A stretch of DNA of 64,000 nucleotides. Origin: Pelobium sp. (lineage in GTDB: Bacteria > Bacteroidota > Bacteroidia > Sphingobacteriales > Sphingobacteriaceae). A model generated the notes under the pieces. It saw only the letters and a list, made by a program, of their open reading frames with translations. It was not told the origin of the DNA and did not search any database. This document shows, in pieces, positions 49,048-58,853 of this stretch. Position 1 is the stretch's first letter, and the number at the start of each line of letters is the position of its first letter. Where the stretch lies: positions 21,932 through 85,931 of the forward strand of contig JAZQRF010000199.1 of the NCBI GenBank assembly GCA_045629485.1, written 5' to 3'. The position numbers and the translations under genes were made by a program.

Positions 49048-52000
49048 ATGAAAAAAGTTTTATTTCTAATCTGTCTGTTGGCTTCCGGTAGTCTTGCCAC
49101 TCTTGCACAAGAGCAAATCAAAGTGCAAGGGCGTGTGTTAGATTCCCGAACCAAAGAACCAGTGATAGGTGCGTCGGTATACGTAGAAAATACCGCAGTG
49201 GGCGAAGTTACGAATGTAACCGGGCAGATTAATCAATCAGCACTGGGTACGGTAACCGATGTAGACGGAAACTACAGTTTCTTTATACCGGCCAACATCC
49301 CTTATTATTCTATTGCCTATATTGGTTACGATAAGGCAAGAGTACAAACTTCTCCGAATTTTAAAACAGTAATCCTGGAAATGAACCAGCAACTGTTAGG
49401 AGAGATAATTGTAACTGGTTATACAGATATCAAGAAGAGAAACAATACCACGGCTTATGATAAGGTCGCAGTAGAAGATATCCGTCAGGTAGGAGTATCT
49501 GGAGTAGACCAGTTACTGGAAGGTCAGGTAGCAGGTGTGCAATTATCCATCTTAAATGGCGGGCCAAACTCTGCACCTAAAATACGTATTCGTGGTACAG
49601 TATCTATTAACGGAACGCAAGATCCTCTATGGGTGTTAGACGGTTTACCTTTAGAAGGTACTGCTTTACCAAATACCTTTGATAAGGATGACCTGAACAG
49701 CTTACGTAACTTGCCAATTGCAGGCATTAACCCTGACGATATTGAAAGCATTACCGTATTAAAAGATGCTGCTGCAACTTCTATTTACGGTGCAAGGGCA
49801 GCAAATGGGGTAATTGTAATTACCACTAAGAAGGGTAAATCAGGTCCGGCTAAAGTAAGCTTCTCAGCCAATACGTTCGTGAGCCAAAGACCAGACTTTA
49901 GCAAGCTAAACCTGATGAACGCTTCTGAAAAAGTAGATTTCGAATTGGGATTAGCAGGCCGTTCAGACCTAACTTATAAAACTGGTAATGGTGCCATTGC
50001 AAGGTTATTCAACCAAAGTGGTGAGTTGGGTGCGTTCCAGAATGGTGGTTTTTCGGCATTATCTCCAGCCACGCAGGCATCTATAAATGGTTTGCGCCAG
50101 AACCAAATCAACTGGGGCGATGAGCTTTTTAGAAATGCATTAAACCAGCAATATACGGCTTCCATTTCTGGTGGAACCGATAAGCATAACTATTACATAT
50201 CTGGTGGAGTATATGACGAAAAAGCGACCACCAAAGGAGTAGATATGCGTCGTTATTCATTAACCTTTAACAACAACTTTAAAATATCTGATAAGTTTAA
50301 GGGAGGTTTAAGCGTGTTGGGGTCTTCTACTAAACGTAATAACTTTATCCAGGATGCGGATGGATTTACCAATCCTAACTATTACCTGCGTAGTGTAAAC
50401 CCATACCTATCAGTAAGAAATGCTGATGGCAGTTTTAATTATGATCCGGATATCCAGGGTTTCGAAAACGATACTTATGTACCTTTTAATGCCATTGAAG
50501 AGCGTGAAAACACCGATTACAGCTTATCAAACAATAGCTTAAAAGCCATTGCTAACCTGTCGTACCAGATTATCCCAAGCCTGGCCATCCGTACAGAATT
50601 GGGCTTACAGTTTGACGAAACAGGAGTAGAGCGTTTTGCTGATCAGAACTCTTACTATACTCGTAAGTTTAGGTTGGGCACTCGCTATTTCTCAGGCGGA
50701 CAGCAAAATTATTTCTTACCAGAAGGTGGTATCATAGAGAACCAGCAAAACAGTGTTTTCCAATATAACTGGAAATCATTCTTAGAGTTTAATAAGACAT
50801 TTAACGATGTTCATGAGTTCAATTTAATGGGCGGTACCGAACTTCGCAGAAGTGATAACAACATCATCAATACAAAAGGTTTTGGTTTTAATCCTAATAC
50901 ATTAACTACACAGGGCATTGTGTTCCCTAACAGCACTGATGTAGACAATATCAAATACAAACAATACCAGAAAACCATTGGTGAAACAGCTTACGCTTCT
51001 TTTTATGCCAATGCAGGGTACACCTACGATCGTAGATATAACGTATACGGTAGCATCCGTTATGATGGTTCCAATATGTTTGGTGTAGATCCTAAATACC
51101 GTTTCTTACCTATCTGGTCTATCTCCGGAGCATGGAACGTAACGGAAGAAGATTTTATGGACAGCCAGTCTTTATTTAATGATATTAAAGTAAGGGCTTC
51201 TTACGGAACACAAGGAAATATAGATAGGAATACCTATCCTTTTGTAATTGGGGAATATAAAACCGCTACAATGTTACCTGGTGGTCCTAATGAAACTACT
51301 ATTGTGGTTTCTTCTCCGCCTAATGATAAATTAAGATGGGAAAAAACTGAGGCTATTAATGCCGGTATAGATGTTTCTGCTTTCAGTAATAAAGTACAGC
51401 TTACCTTCGATTACTACAGCAGAAAAAGTACTGATCTAATTGGTTTAAGTGCATTACCATCAGAGAATGGTTTCGATTATGTACAGCGTAACTGGGCTTC
51501 CGTTAAGAACGAAGGAGTAGAACTTTCTATTTCTACAAGAAACATCAGCCGTAGCAATTTCTCCTGGTCAACAGACTTTAACATCGCACACAATAAAAAT
51601 AAATTATTAAAGGTAGAGACCAATCCAAATGCTTATGCTCCTGAAAATAGGGAGGGCTACCCAATTAATTCTTTATTTGTGCTTGAAACTGCCGGATTAG
51701 ATGCAGATGGTGTTCCTCAGTTCTATGGAGATAACGGAGAGATCGTACCTTTCGAAGATTTTTACCAGTTGTATGATCCATGGGCAGATTTCTTTCCGGG
51801 TTATATGTTAAACACGAATTTGGACTATGCTTCTTATAGAGACAAGTTCAAGTATAAAGGAAGCTTAGATCCGCAGTTTATAGGTGGCATCACCAACAGG
51901 TTTAAATATCGTAACATTGATTTAACAGTTTCTGCGCTATTTAACATCAACCAATGGATGAGGAAAACACCTTCTTATAATCCTGCAAACCTTGATAGGG

Positions 52001-52383
52001 GCTTCAATTACAGCCGTGATGTACTTAGTGCCGGACAGGATGGTCTTCCTGCTATTGGAAGTAATGATGTTTACTCTAACCCTCGCTGGATGGCCTACAG
52101 CTGGATGATGGATTTGGATCCAGCTGGCTCTTACAGGTATTTGGATGTTTGGACAAAGAAAATGACTTATATGCGTATCAATAGCATTCGTTTAGGTTAT
52201 ACTTTCCCGCAGTCAACACTTAAAAAGATGGGGATGTCTAACTTACGTGTAAATGTAGAAGGTCGTAATTTATTCGTATTCAGCAACGGATACGAAGGTT
52301 TCTACGATCCGGAAACATATGGTAACTTCTATGCACAGCCATTGGCAAAATCTTTTGCTTTAGGTTTATCAGCATCTTTTTAA
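49048..52383 (+). CDS. SusC/RagA-family TonB-dependent outer-membrane transporter
   Basis: 1111 aa. Signal peptide, carboxypeptidase-regulatory-like domain (VQGRVLDSRTKEPVIGASVYV), plug (ITVLKDAAATSIYGARAANGVIVITTKKG), a large barrel and a C-terminal F. Starts 26 nt after the protease gene. Confidence 0.93.
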   Translation: MKKVLFLICLLASGSLATLAQEQIKVQGRVLDSRTKEPVIGASVYVENTAVGEVTNVTGQINQSALGTVTDVDGNYSFFIPANIPYYSIAYIGYDKARVQTSPNFKTVILEMNQQLLGEIIVTGYTDIKKRNNTTAYDKVAVEDIRQVGVSGVDQLLEGQVAGVQLSILNGGPNSAPKIRIRGTVSINGTQDPLWVLDGLPLEGTALPNTFDKDDLNSLRNLPIAGINPDDIESITVLKDAAATSIYGARAANGVIVITTKKGKSGPAKVSFSANTFVSQRPDFSKLNLMNASEKVDFELGLAGRSDLTYKTGNGAIARLFNQSGELGAFQNGGFSALSPATQASINGLRQNQINWGDELFRNALNQQYTASISGGTDKHNYYISGGVYDEKATTKGVDMRRYSLTFNNNFKISDKFKGGLSVLGSSTKRNNFIQDADGFTNPNYYLRSVNPYLSVRNADGSFNYDPDIQGFENDTYVPFNAIEERENTDYSLSNNSLKAIANLSYQIIPSLAIRTELGLQFDETGVERFADQNSYYTRKFRLGTRYFSGGQQNYFLPEGGIIENQQNSVFQYNWKSFLEFNKTFNDVHEFNLMGGTELRRSDNNIINTKGFGFNPNTLTTQGIVFPNSTDVDNIKYKQYQKTIGETAYASFYANAGYTYDRRYNVYGSIRYDGSNMFGVDPKYRFLPIWSISGAWNVTEEDFMDSQSLFNDIKVRASYGTQGNIDRNTYPFVIGEYKTATMLPGGPNETTIVVSSPPNDKLRWEKTEAINAGIDVSAFSNKVQLTFDYYSRKSTDLIGLSALPSENGFDYVQRNWASVKNEGVELSISTRNISRSNFSWSTDFNIAHNKNKLLKVETNPNAYAPENREGYPINSLFVLETAGLDADGVPQFYGDNGEIVPFEDFYQLYDPWADFFPGYMLNTNLDYASYRDKFKYKGSLDPQFIGGITNRFKYRNIDLTVSALFNINQWMRKTPSYNPANLDRGFNYSRDVLSAGQDGLPAIGSNDVYSNPRWMAYSWMMDLDPAGSYRYLDVWTKKMTYMRINSIRLGYTFPQSTLKKMGMSNLRVNVEGRNLFVFSNGYEGFYDPETYGNFYAQPLAKSFALGLSASF

Positions 52384-52407
52384 TCGTTTATACAAAACAC
52401 CCAAACA

Positions 52408-53739
52408 ATGAAAAAGAAATTAATATATATAGGTTTGATAGCAGGAGTTACCTTGTTTAGCTCATGCGACAAGTACTTAGACATCAAACCAGTTGGAACA
52501 GTAATCCCAACAACCACCGAAGATTTTAGAGCCTTAATGTTAAGCGCCTATAGTTCTTTTCCGGCACATAAATCATACCTTAACTTACGTACAGATGAGC
52601 TGTTGATGGATGAGTACTCAGAAGATTTACCAGCCATAAAAGATATCTATTTATGGAATGATTTAAACCCTGATGCGGCAACCACGCCCTATGCTTACCT
52701 TGATTTTTACAAAAGCATTTTCTATACTAACCATATTCTGTCCGAAATTGATGGTAAAGCAGGAAATTCAGCGGCCGTGAGTCAGCTTAAAGCCGAAGCT
52801 TTAATGATGAGGGCTTATTCGCATTTCGAACTGTTAAATATGTATGCGGTAAATTACAACCCTTCAACAGCGGCAAGCGATAGGGGTGTGCCTATAGTTT
52901 TAGGCATCGACCTTGAAAAAGATCATACGGTGGCAACTGTTGCAGAAGTATACGCTCAGATCTTTAAAGATTTGGAAGCAAGCAATAACCTGTTTACCGA
53001 AACAGCAGTGCCTGCAAACCCTTTAAGATATAGGTTCAGCAAAAGAGCTTACTATGCTTTGCAGTCTAGAATTCATTTATACCGCCAGGAATGGAACGAA
53101 GCTAAAGCATATGCTGATGCAGCCTTAGCTTTAAACAATGATTTAGAAGATTTAAACAGTGCAGCAAGTAAATTGCCGAATGATTTCACTTCTGTAGAAA
53201 TGATTCAGGCACTCGATGAAGTGGGACGAAGTGTAGTAAGTACCTCTACCTATATCAATCCAGATTTTATCGCTTTATATAATAATGGTGGCGATCTAAG
53301 AAGAAGCCGTTACTTTGTACAAAGTGGTTCGAGATGGAGATCTAACAAAGGAGGAAACAAGCAATTTAATACCAGTTTCCGTAATGGGGAATTGTTTTTA
53401 AATATAGCAGAAGCCGAAGTACAGGCAAACCACTTGCCAGAAGCAAGAATTGCTTTGTTAGCACTAGCGAAAAACCGTTTAACACCAACTTATTACCAGC
53501 AATACGAAGCTACGGTAAACGGGTTGGACAAACCGAACTTGCTGACAGAAATTTATAAGGAAAGAGCTCGTGAGTTAAGTTTAGAAGGCTTAAGATGGTT
53601 CGATTTGAAGCGTTCCACTAAACCAGCCATTACCCATCAATTTGGAGGTAATACTTTTGTATTACAAGAAAATGATGGAAGATATGTGATCAGGTTCCCA
53701 AGAGAAGCCATTCAAAATAACCCTAACCTATTAAATTAG
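52408..53739 (+). CDS. SusD/RagB-family lipoprotein
   Basis: 443 aa with the lipobox LFSSCDKYLD, TPR-like helices and the conserved ERARELSLEGLRWFDLKR segment. Starts 24 nt after susC. Confidence 0.9.
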   Translation: MKKKLIYIGLIAGVTLFSSCDKYLDIKPVGTVIPTTTEDFRALMLSAYSSFPAHKSYLNLRTDELLMDEYSEDLPAIKDIYLWNDLNPDAATTPYAYLDFYKSIFYTNHILSEIDGKAGNSAAVSQLKAEALMMRAYSHFELLNMYAVNYNPSTAASDRGVPIVLGIDLEKDHTVATVAEVYAQIFKDLEASNNLFTETAVPANPLRYRFSKRAYYALQSRIHLYRQEWNEAKAYADAALALNNDLEDLNSAASKLPNDFTSVEMIQALDEVGRSVVSTSTYINPDFIALYNNGGDLRRSRYFVQSGSRWRSNKGGNKQFNTSFRNGELFLNIAEAEVQANHLPEARIALLALAKNRLTPTYYQQYEATVNGLDKPNLLTEIYKERARELSLEGLRWFDLKRSTKPAITHQFGGNTFVLQENDGRYVIRFPREAIQNNPNLLN

Positions 53740-53808
53740 GTTAGCCTCTATTTGCTTTTGCAAAGAAGCTGCGCTTAAACTTAAGTTCGGTTCTTCGATA
53801 ATAAAATC

Positions 53809-53840
53809 ATCCCTATTCCGATAAAGAATAGGGATTTTTT
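53809..53840 (+). terminator. rho-independent terminator after susD
   Basis: 10-bp stem ATCCCTATTC/GAATAGGGAT, 7-nt loop and a T6 tail. Confidence 0.75.
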
Positions 53841-53857
53841 ATTTACTTTCACCGCAA

Positions 53858-54580
53858 ATGCAAAAGCAGATTTTAATTGTAGAGGACGAGCAATGGGCAT
53901 CCGAAAGCCTTTCCGATCAGCTTCATGAGCTCCTGGGAGATAGCATCGTCTTAAATTTTGCTACCACAGTTAGAGACGCCATAAGCTATTTGTCTAAAAG
54001 AAAACCCGACCTTGTTTTTATGGATGTGCACTTAGGAGACGGAATCAGCTTTGATATTTTCAACCAAATAAAAACGGATGCTCCGGTGATATTCACCACA
54101 GCATATGATCAGTATGCTTTGCAGGCCTTTCAGCACCAGGGTTATGCCTATTTACTTAAGCCGTTTGAACTGGAAGATTTAAAGCAAGCCTTAGAAAAAG
54201 TACACTTTGTTTTTACTAAAGAGCCAGAGACAAAAACACCTAAATCCCGTTTCCTTGTAAAATATGGTACCAGGATGAAATCTATCCCGGTAGAGGATAT
54301 TGCCTATTTTATGGCTGATGGCAAAATACTCTTTGGTTATACTTTTAAAGGAGAACAATTTATAGTAGATGAAACTATCAGTTCGCTGATGCCTAAGTTA
54401 TCATCCGACAATTATTTCCAAATTAGCAGGAAATTCATCATCCATATCAATGCCATTAAAGAAATGATTAAGATTAACAGGAACAGGGTTAAGCTTAAGT
54501 TGAACCCTTCTTTAGAAGAGGGAGAGGTTGTCGTTAGCGAAGATCGATCTTCTGCTTTCCAGGACTGGCTGAATTCTTAG
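53858..54580 (+). CDS. LytTR-family response regulator (REC + LytTR DNA-binding domain)
   Basis: 240 aa. Receiver (ILIVEDE...LVFMDVHLGDG) and a C-terminal LytTR domain (IPVEDIAYFMADGKILFGYT...ISRKFIIHINAIKE). Confidence 0.9.
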   Translation: MQKQILIVEDEQWASESLSDQLHELLGDSIVLNFATTVRDAISYLSKRKPDLVFMDVHLGDGISFDIFNQIKTDAPVIFTTAYDQYALQAFQHQGYAYLLKPFELEDLKQALEKVHFVFTKEPETKTPKSRFLVKYGTRMKSIPVEDIAYFMADGKILFGYTFKGEQFIVDETISSLMPKLSSDNYFQISRKFIIHINAIKEMIKINRNRVKLKLNPSLEEGEVVVSEDRSSAFQDWLNS

Positions 54581-54645
54581 CCTAAGAGATTTAAAACACA
54601 ATTTCCGCCACCTTTGTTATAAACGAACCTCTAATCCCAAATTAC

Positions 54646-55203
54646 ATGGAAAAATATAAAATAGCAATCATCATCGGCAGTCTCAGGAAAGAATCTTTTA
54701 ACCGAAAAACTGCAAATGCATTCATTAACCTGGCGCCAGATACGCTATCTTTTAACATTCTGGAAATTGGAAACCTTCCCCTGTATAACGAAGACCTGGA
54801 AAGTAACGAACCACAGGAGTGGCTTACATTTAGAGAAGAATTACAGGCTCATGATGCGGTATTGTTTTTTACACCAGAGTACAACAGATCAGTGCCAGCT
54901 GCATTAAAAAATGCATTGGATGTAGGTTCCAGGCCTTATGGAGGAAGTTCGTGGGATAAAAAGCCTGCCGGAATCATTAGTGTATCACAAGGAGCTTATG
55001 GTGCATTTGGGGCAAACCATCACCTTCGCCAGTCTTTGGTATTTCTCAATATGCCAGCCATGGCACAACCAGAAGCTTATCTTAGTTCAGCATCCAAATT
55101 ATTTGATACCGAAGGGAAACTTACCGACGAACGAACGATCGCTCTGTTAATTAAATTTGCTGCAGCTTATGCCGAATGGGTAAAAGCATGTGTAGCCAGG
55201 TAA
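54646..55203 (+). CDS. NAD(P)H-dependent FMN reductase family oxidoreductase
   Basis: 185 aa with the motifs GSLRKESFNRK and FTPEYNRSVPAALKNALD. Confidence 0.85.
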   Translation: MEKYKIAIIIGSLRKESFNRKTANAFINLAPDTLSFNILEIGNLPLYNEDLESNEPQEWLTFREELQAHDAVLFFTPEYNRSVPAALKNALDVGSRPYGGSSWDKKPAGIISVSQGAYGAFGANHHLRQSLVFLNMPAMAQPEAYLSSASKLFDTEGKLTDERTIALLIKFAAAYAEWVKACVAR

Positions 55204-55431
55204 GATTAGTTTTTGCTCAAGTAATTTGCGAAAGCTTCTCTCTAATCACTTTGTAGTGCAGAAGCATACTTTTCACCTTTAAAACACTTTAAGCTATTAA
55301 ACTATCTTTTTCCCTTATAGCCTCTCAATTAAATTTGCTATAATTCATGTACTATAAGTTGGATTATAAAAAAATATTAACTTTAAAGACTCCTACTGGA
55401 GTATATAAAGTAAACCTAATTATATTAAAAA

Positions 55432-56748
55432 ATGACCTACACTTATTTAAAGTTTTTTCCGAAACAGATATTCATAACCTTATTATGCAGCGTATTTCTT
55501 TATTCAGGTTCCTTTGCTCAAACTGCAACCGATGAATTAAACATTACCCTGGAAGCCGACCACAGCGACTGGAAATATGCAGTTGGTGAAAAGCCTAAGT
55601 TTAAGGTTACCGTATTACAAAATGGCAGTCAGGCTAAAAACATGAAATTATATTATAAGGTAGGCCCGGAGAAAATGCCTGCATTTAAGTCCGACTCCTT
55701 AACCATCAGCGACAAGAGCTTTGTGATAGAAGGTTATACCTTAAAAGAACCTGGTTTTTTAAGATGCGAGGTAAGTTCTGTAGTGAATGGAAAAACCATT
55801 AAAAAAATAGTAACAGCTGCATTTGATCCCGAAAAAATAAAGCCAACGATTACAATGCCTGCAGACTTTAACCAGTTCTGGTCTAATGCGATTGCTGATG
55901 TAAAGAAAATTCCGATGGATGCTAAAATGGAGTTAATGAGTGAATATTCAACAGAAGACGTAGATGTATACCAGGTAAGCTTCCAAAACATTAACAAATC
56001 TAGAATTTACGGAACATTAAGCGTTCCTAAGAAAGCTGGTAAGTATCCTGCAGCATTAAAAGTTCCGGGAGCCGGAGTAAGGGGATATAAAGGTGATGTA
56101 GCCATGGCTAAAAACGGGGTGATTGTTTTGGAAATAGGTATTCATGGCATACCCATTAACCTAAATGATAAGGTTTATGAAGATTTGCGTACCGGTGCAT
56201 TACATGCCTATAATTCTGTGAATTTAGATGATAAAGACACTTACTATTATAAAAGAGTATACCTGGGATGTGTAAAAGCGTTAGACTATTTGGTGTCTCA
56301 TGAGAAATATAATGGACAAAGCTTAGCAGTATACGGTGGTAGCCAGGGTGGTGCATTAGCTATTGTTACTACCGCTTTGGATCCGCGGGTGAAATACTTA
56401 GCAGCAAATTACCCTGCATTATGCGATGTTACAGGTTATTTACACAACAGGGCCGGAGGCTGGCCTCATTTATTTGGTAAGTCAAATATTGCTTTTAATA
56501 ATAAGAAAGACAAGCTGGAAACCTGCAAATACTATGATGTGGTTAATTTTGCGAAGAACCTTAAAGTTCCGGGATTTTACAGCTGGGGATTTAATGATGA
56601 AACTTGTCCGCCAACTTCTATGTATGCAGCTTACAATTCGATAAGTGCGCCAAAAGAACTTTCTATCTTTAAAGAAACGGGGCATTTCACAGTACCCGAG
56701 CAAAGGGAGCAGGTAAGCAACTGGTTGCTTACAAACTTAAAGAAGTAG
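55432..56748 (+). CDS. acetylxylan esterase / cephalosporin-C deacetylase family (CE7-like) serine hydrolase, exported
   Basis: 438 aa with a signal peptide, nucleophile elbow VYGGSQGG and a C-terminal ...ETGHF histidine region. Confidence 0.8.
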   Translation: MTYTYLKFFPKQIFITLLCSVFLYSGSFAQTATDELNITLEADHSDWKYAVGEKPKFKVTVLQNGSQAKNMKLYYKVGPEKMPAFKSDSLTISDKSFVIEGYTLKEPGFLRCEVSSVVNGKTIKKIVTAAFDPEKIKPTITMPADFNQFWSNAIADVKKIPMDAKMELMSEYSTEDVDVYQVSFQNINKSRIYGTLSVPKKAGKYPAALKVPGAGVRGYKGDVAMAKNGVIVLEIGIHGIPINLNDKVYEDLRTGALHAYNSVNLDDKDTYYYKRVYLGCVKALDYLVSHEKYNGQSLAVYGGSQGGALAIVTTALDPRVKYLAANYPALCDVTGYLHNRAGGWPHLFGKSNIAFNNKKDKLETCKYYDVVNFAKNLKVPGFYSWGFNDETCPPTSMYAAYNSISAPKELSIFKETGHFTVPEQREQVSNWLLTNLKK

Positions 56749-57003
56749 GGGTTTTAATTCTAAAACACAAACGAAAATCTGAATAGATTTTTTAAAGAAA
56801 AGCCATGCATTTATACTCTTCAATTAACTTTTTTAGATGGTGTTAATACCATAAAGTAATTAAGCAATAAGCAATACTTTACTTTAAATAAGGGAGGCCG
56901 TTTCATTTAAAATGAGCAGCCTCTTTTTGTATGTGATAGAATCCTTTAGTAGCCGTATCAAAAACATATAATTATTTGTAATTTAGCAGCATTTATCAGC
57001 TAC

Positions 57004-58065
57004 ATGGCTAAACTAAGGCTTCTACTTCTTCCTTTTTCATTGCTTTACGGAATCATCATCTGGATAAGGAATAAATGCTACGACTTTGGTCTCCTTAAAA
57101 GTACCCAATTTAAAATACCTGTAATTTCTGTAGGGAATTTAGAAGTGGGCGGTTCGGGTAAAACTCCAATGACCGAATACCTGATCAGGCTACTTTCTGG
57201 TTATAAATTAGCGACTTTAAGCAGAGGGTATGGGCGAAAAACAAAAGGCTTTAGGTGGGTTAAAGTAGATGATAATCCCAAATTAACAGGTGATGAATCT
57301 TTACAGGTAAAAAATAAATTTCCCGAAATATCTGTAGCAGTATGCGAAAACAGGGTAGAAGGGATCAATAAAATCCAATCAGGCCATGAGATTGTAATTA
57401 TGGATGATGCTTACCAGCATAGAGCCGTTAAACCTGGGTTAAGTATATTATTATTTGATTATCAGACCCTGGATAACTTTCGCTTGATGTTGCCTGCAGG
57501 AAATTACCGAGAGCCTTTTGACGGACGCAAGAGAGCCGATATATTAGTGGTGACTAAAACACCGGAGAAGTTAACCTACTTGCAGCAGCAGCACATACAT
57601 GATAAGCTAAAGCCTTATCCAAAACAAAAACTTTTCTTTTCTTATATCCGCTACGGCAAAAACTTAATAAATATATTTACCGGCGAATTATTAGCAGCTG
57701 ATGATCTGAAGCCAGAACTTGCCGTACTATTAATTACCGGTATTGCTAAACCTGCTTTGTTGGTGGGCAAAGTGAAAGAGTATACCACTCAGGTGAGTCA
57801 TTTAGCTTATGCAGATCATCATCAGTTTAGCCAAAAAAATATGCTTAAACTTGTATCGGATTTTAAGCAGATAGCTCAGCAGGAAAAAATTATTATTACA
57901 ACACAAAAGGATGCTGTACGTTTTAGAGCAGAGGAATACAGAAACACCATAGGCTCTTTGCCAATTTACGAATGGCCTATAGAAACCGCTTTTCACGAAA
58001 ATAATAAAGCAAACTTTGAAACGGAAATTTTAGAATATGTTAAGAGAGATCAACCAGTCAGTTGA
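57004..58065 (+). CDS. lpxK: tetraacyldisaccharide 4'-kinase
   Basis: 353 aa with an N-terminal membrane helix and the P-loop VGNLEVGGSGKTP. Confidence 0.9.
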   Translation: MAKLRLLLLPFSLLYGIIIWIRNKCYDFGLLKSTQFKIPVISVGNLEVGGSGKTPMTEYLIRLLSGYKLATLSRGYGRKTKGFRWVKVDDNPKLTGDESLQVKNKFPEISVAVCENRVEGINKIQSGHEIVIMDDAYQHRAVKPGLSILLFDYQTLDNFRLMLPAGNYREPFDGRKRADILVVTKTPEKLTYLQQQHIHDKLKPYPKQKLFFSYIRYGKNLINIFTGELLAADDLKPELAVLLITGIAKPALLVGKVKEYTTQVSHLAYADHHQFSQKNMLKLVSDFKQIAQQEKIIITTQKDAVRFRAEEYRNTIGSLPIYEWPIETAFHENNKANFETEILEYVKRDQPVS

Positions 58066-58852
58066 GTATATAAAAAGAAGGATAGGAGAATTTAAACCAG
58101 AGGTAGGTATTATATTAGGAACTGGTTTAGGCGGTTTGGTTAGGGATATGGAAATAGAACACCAGTTGATGTATGCTAATATTCCAAATTTCCCGATCTC
58201 TACATTAGAATTTCACTCTGGCAAGCTTATATTTGGTACACTTTCGGGTAAAAAAGTAGTGGCAATGCAGGGCAGACTTCATTATTATGAAGGCTACAAT
58301 ATGCAGCAGATTACTTTTCCGGTTAGAATAATGAAGCTATTAGGGATAGAAAATTTATTTGTTTCTAACGCAAGCGGATCCTTGAATCCGGATTTTAAAA
58401 AAGGGGAGTTAATGATTATTGAAGATCATATCAATCTACAACCGGAAAACCCTTTAACAGGTACAAACTTCGAGGAGTGGGGGCCACGTTTCCCTGACAT
58501 GAGCCAGCCTTACCGGGTAAATTTAATAGAGAAGGCTTTAAAAATAGCCGAGGTACAGAACATTAAATGCCATAAAGGAGTTTATGTTTCGGTTAATGGT
58601 CCGAATTTGGAGACAAAAGCAGAATATAAATATTTACGGATTATAGGAGGAGATGCAGTAGGCATGAGCACAGTACCCGAAGTTATTGTAGCAAACCATA
58701 TGAACTTGCCCGTGTTTGCCATTTCTGTTTTAACTGACGAGGGTTTTAATGACATTTTAACACCAGTTTCTGTAGAAGAGATTATTAACACAGCAGCAAA
58801 AACCGAACCTAATATGACAGCAATTCTTAAGTCGCTTATTTTGGAGTTATAG
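58037..58852 (+). CDS. purine nucleoside phosphorylase (trimeric PNP/PunA type)
   Basis: 271 aa with the motifs GIILGTGLGG, HSGKLIFG, GRLHYYEGY and VGMSTVPEV. The only available start overlaps lpxK by 29 nt. Confidence 0.9.
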   Translation: MLREINQSVEYIKRRIGEFKPEVGIILGTGLGGLVRDMEIEHQLMYANIPNFPISTLEFHSGKLIFGTLSGKKVVAMQGRLHYYEGYNMQQITFPVRIMKLLGIENLFVSNASGSLNPDFKKGELMIIEDHINLQPENPLTGTNFEEWGPRFPDMSQPYRVNLIEKALKIAEVQNIKCHKGVYVSVNGPNLETKAEYKYLRIIGGDAVGMSTVPEVIVANHMNLPVFAISVLTDEGFNDILTPVSVEEIINTAAKTEPNMTAILKSLILEL

Positions 58853-58853
58853 T

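Noticed and set aside
55347-55535. 62-aa ORF overlapping the start of the esterase gene
   Set aside because: It is AT-rich translated spacer that overlaps the signal-peptide region of a well-supported gene in another frame.
56894-56928. Composite hairpin plus T5 about 145 nt downstream of the esterase stop
   Set aside because: The outer stem is only 5 bp (GAGGC/GCCTC) with an imperfect inner stem, and it lies far from the stop codon. It is too weak to call a terminator or an sRNA end.
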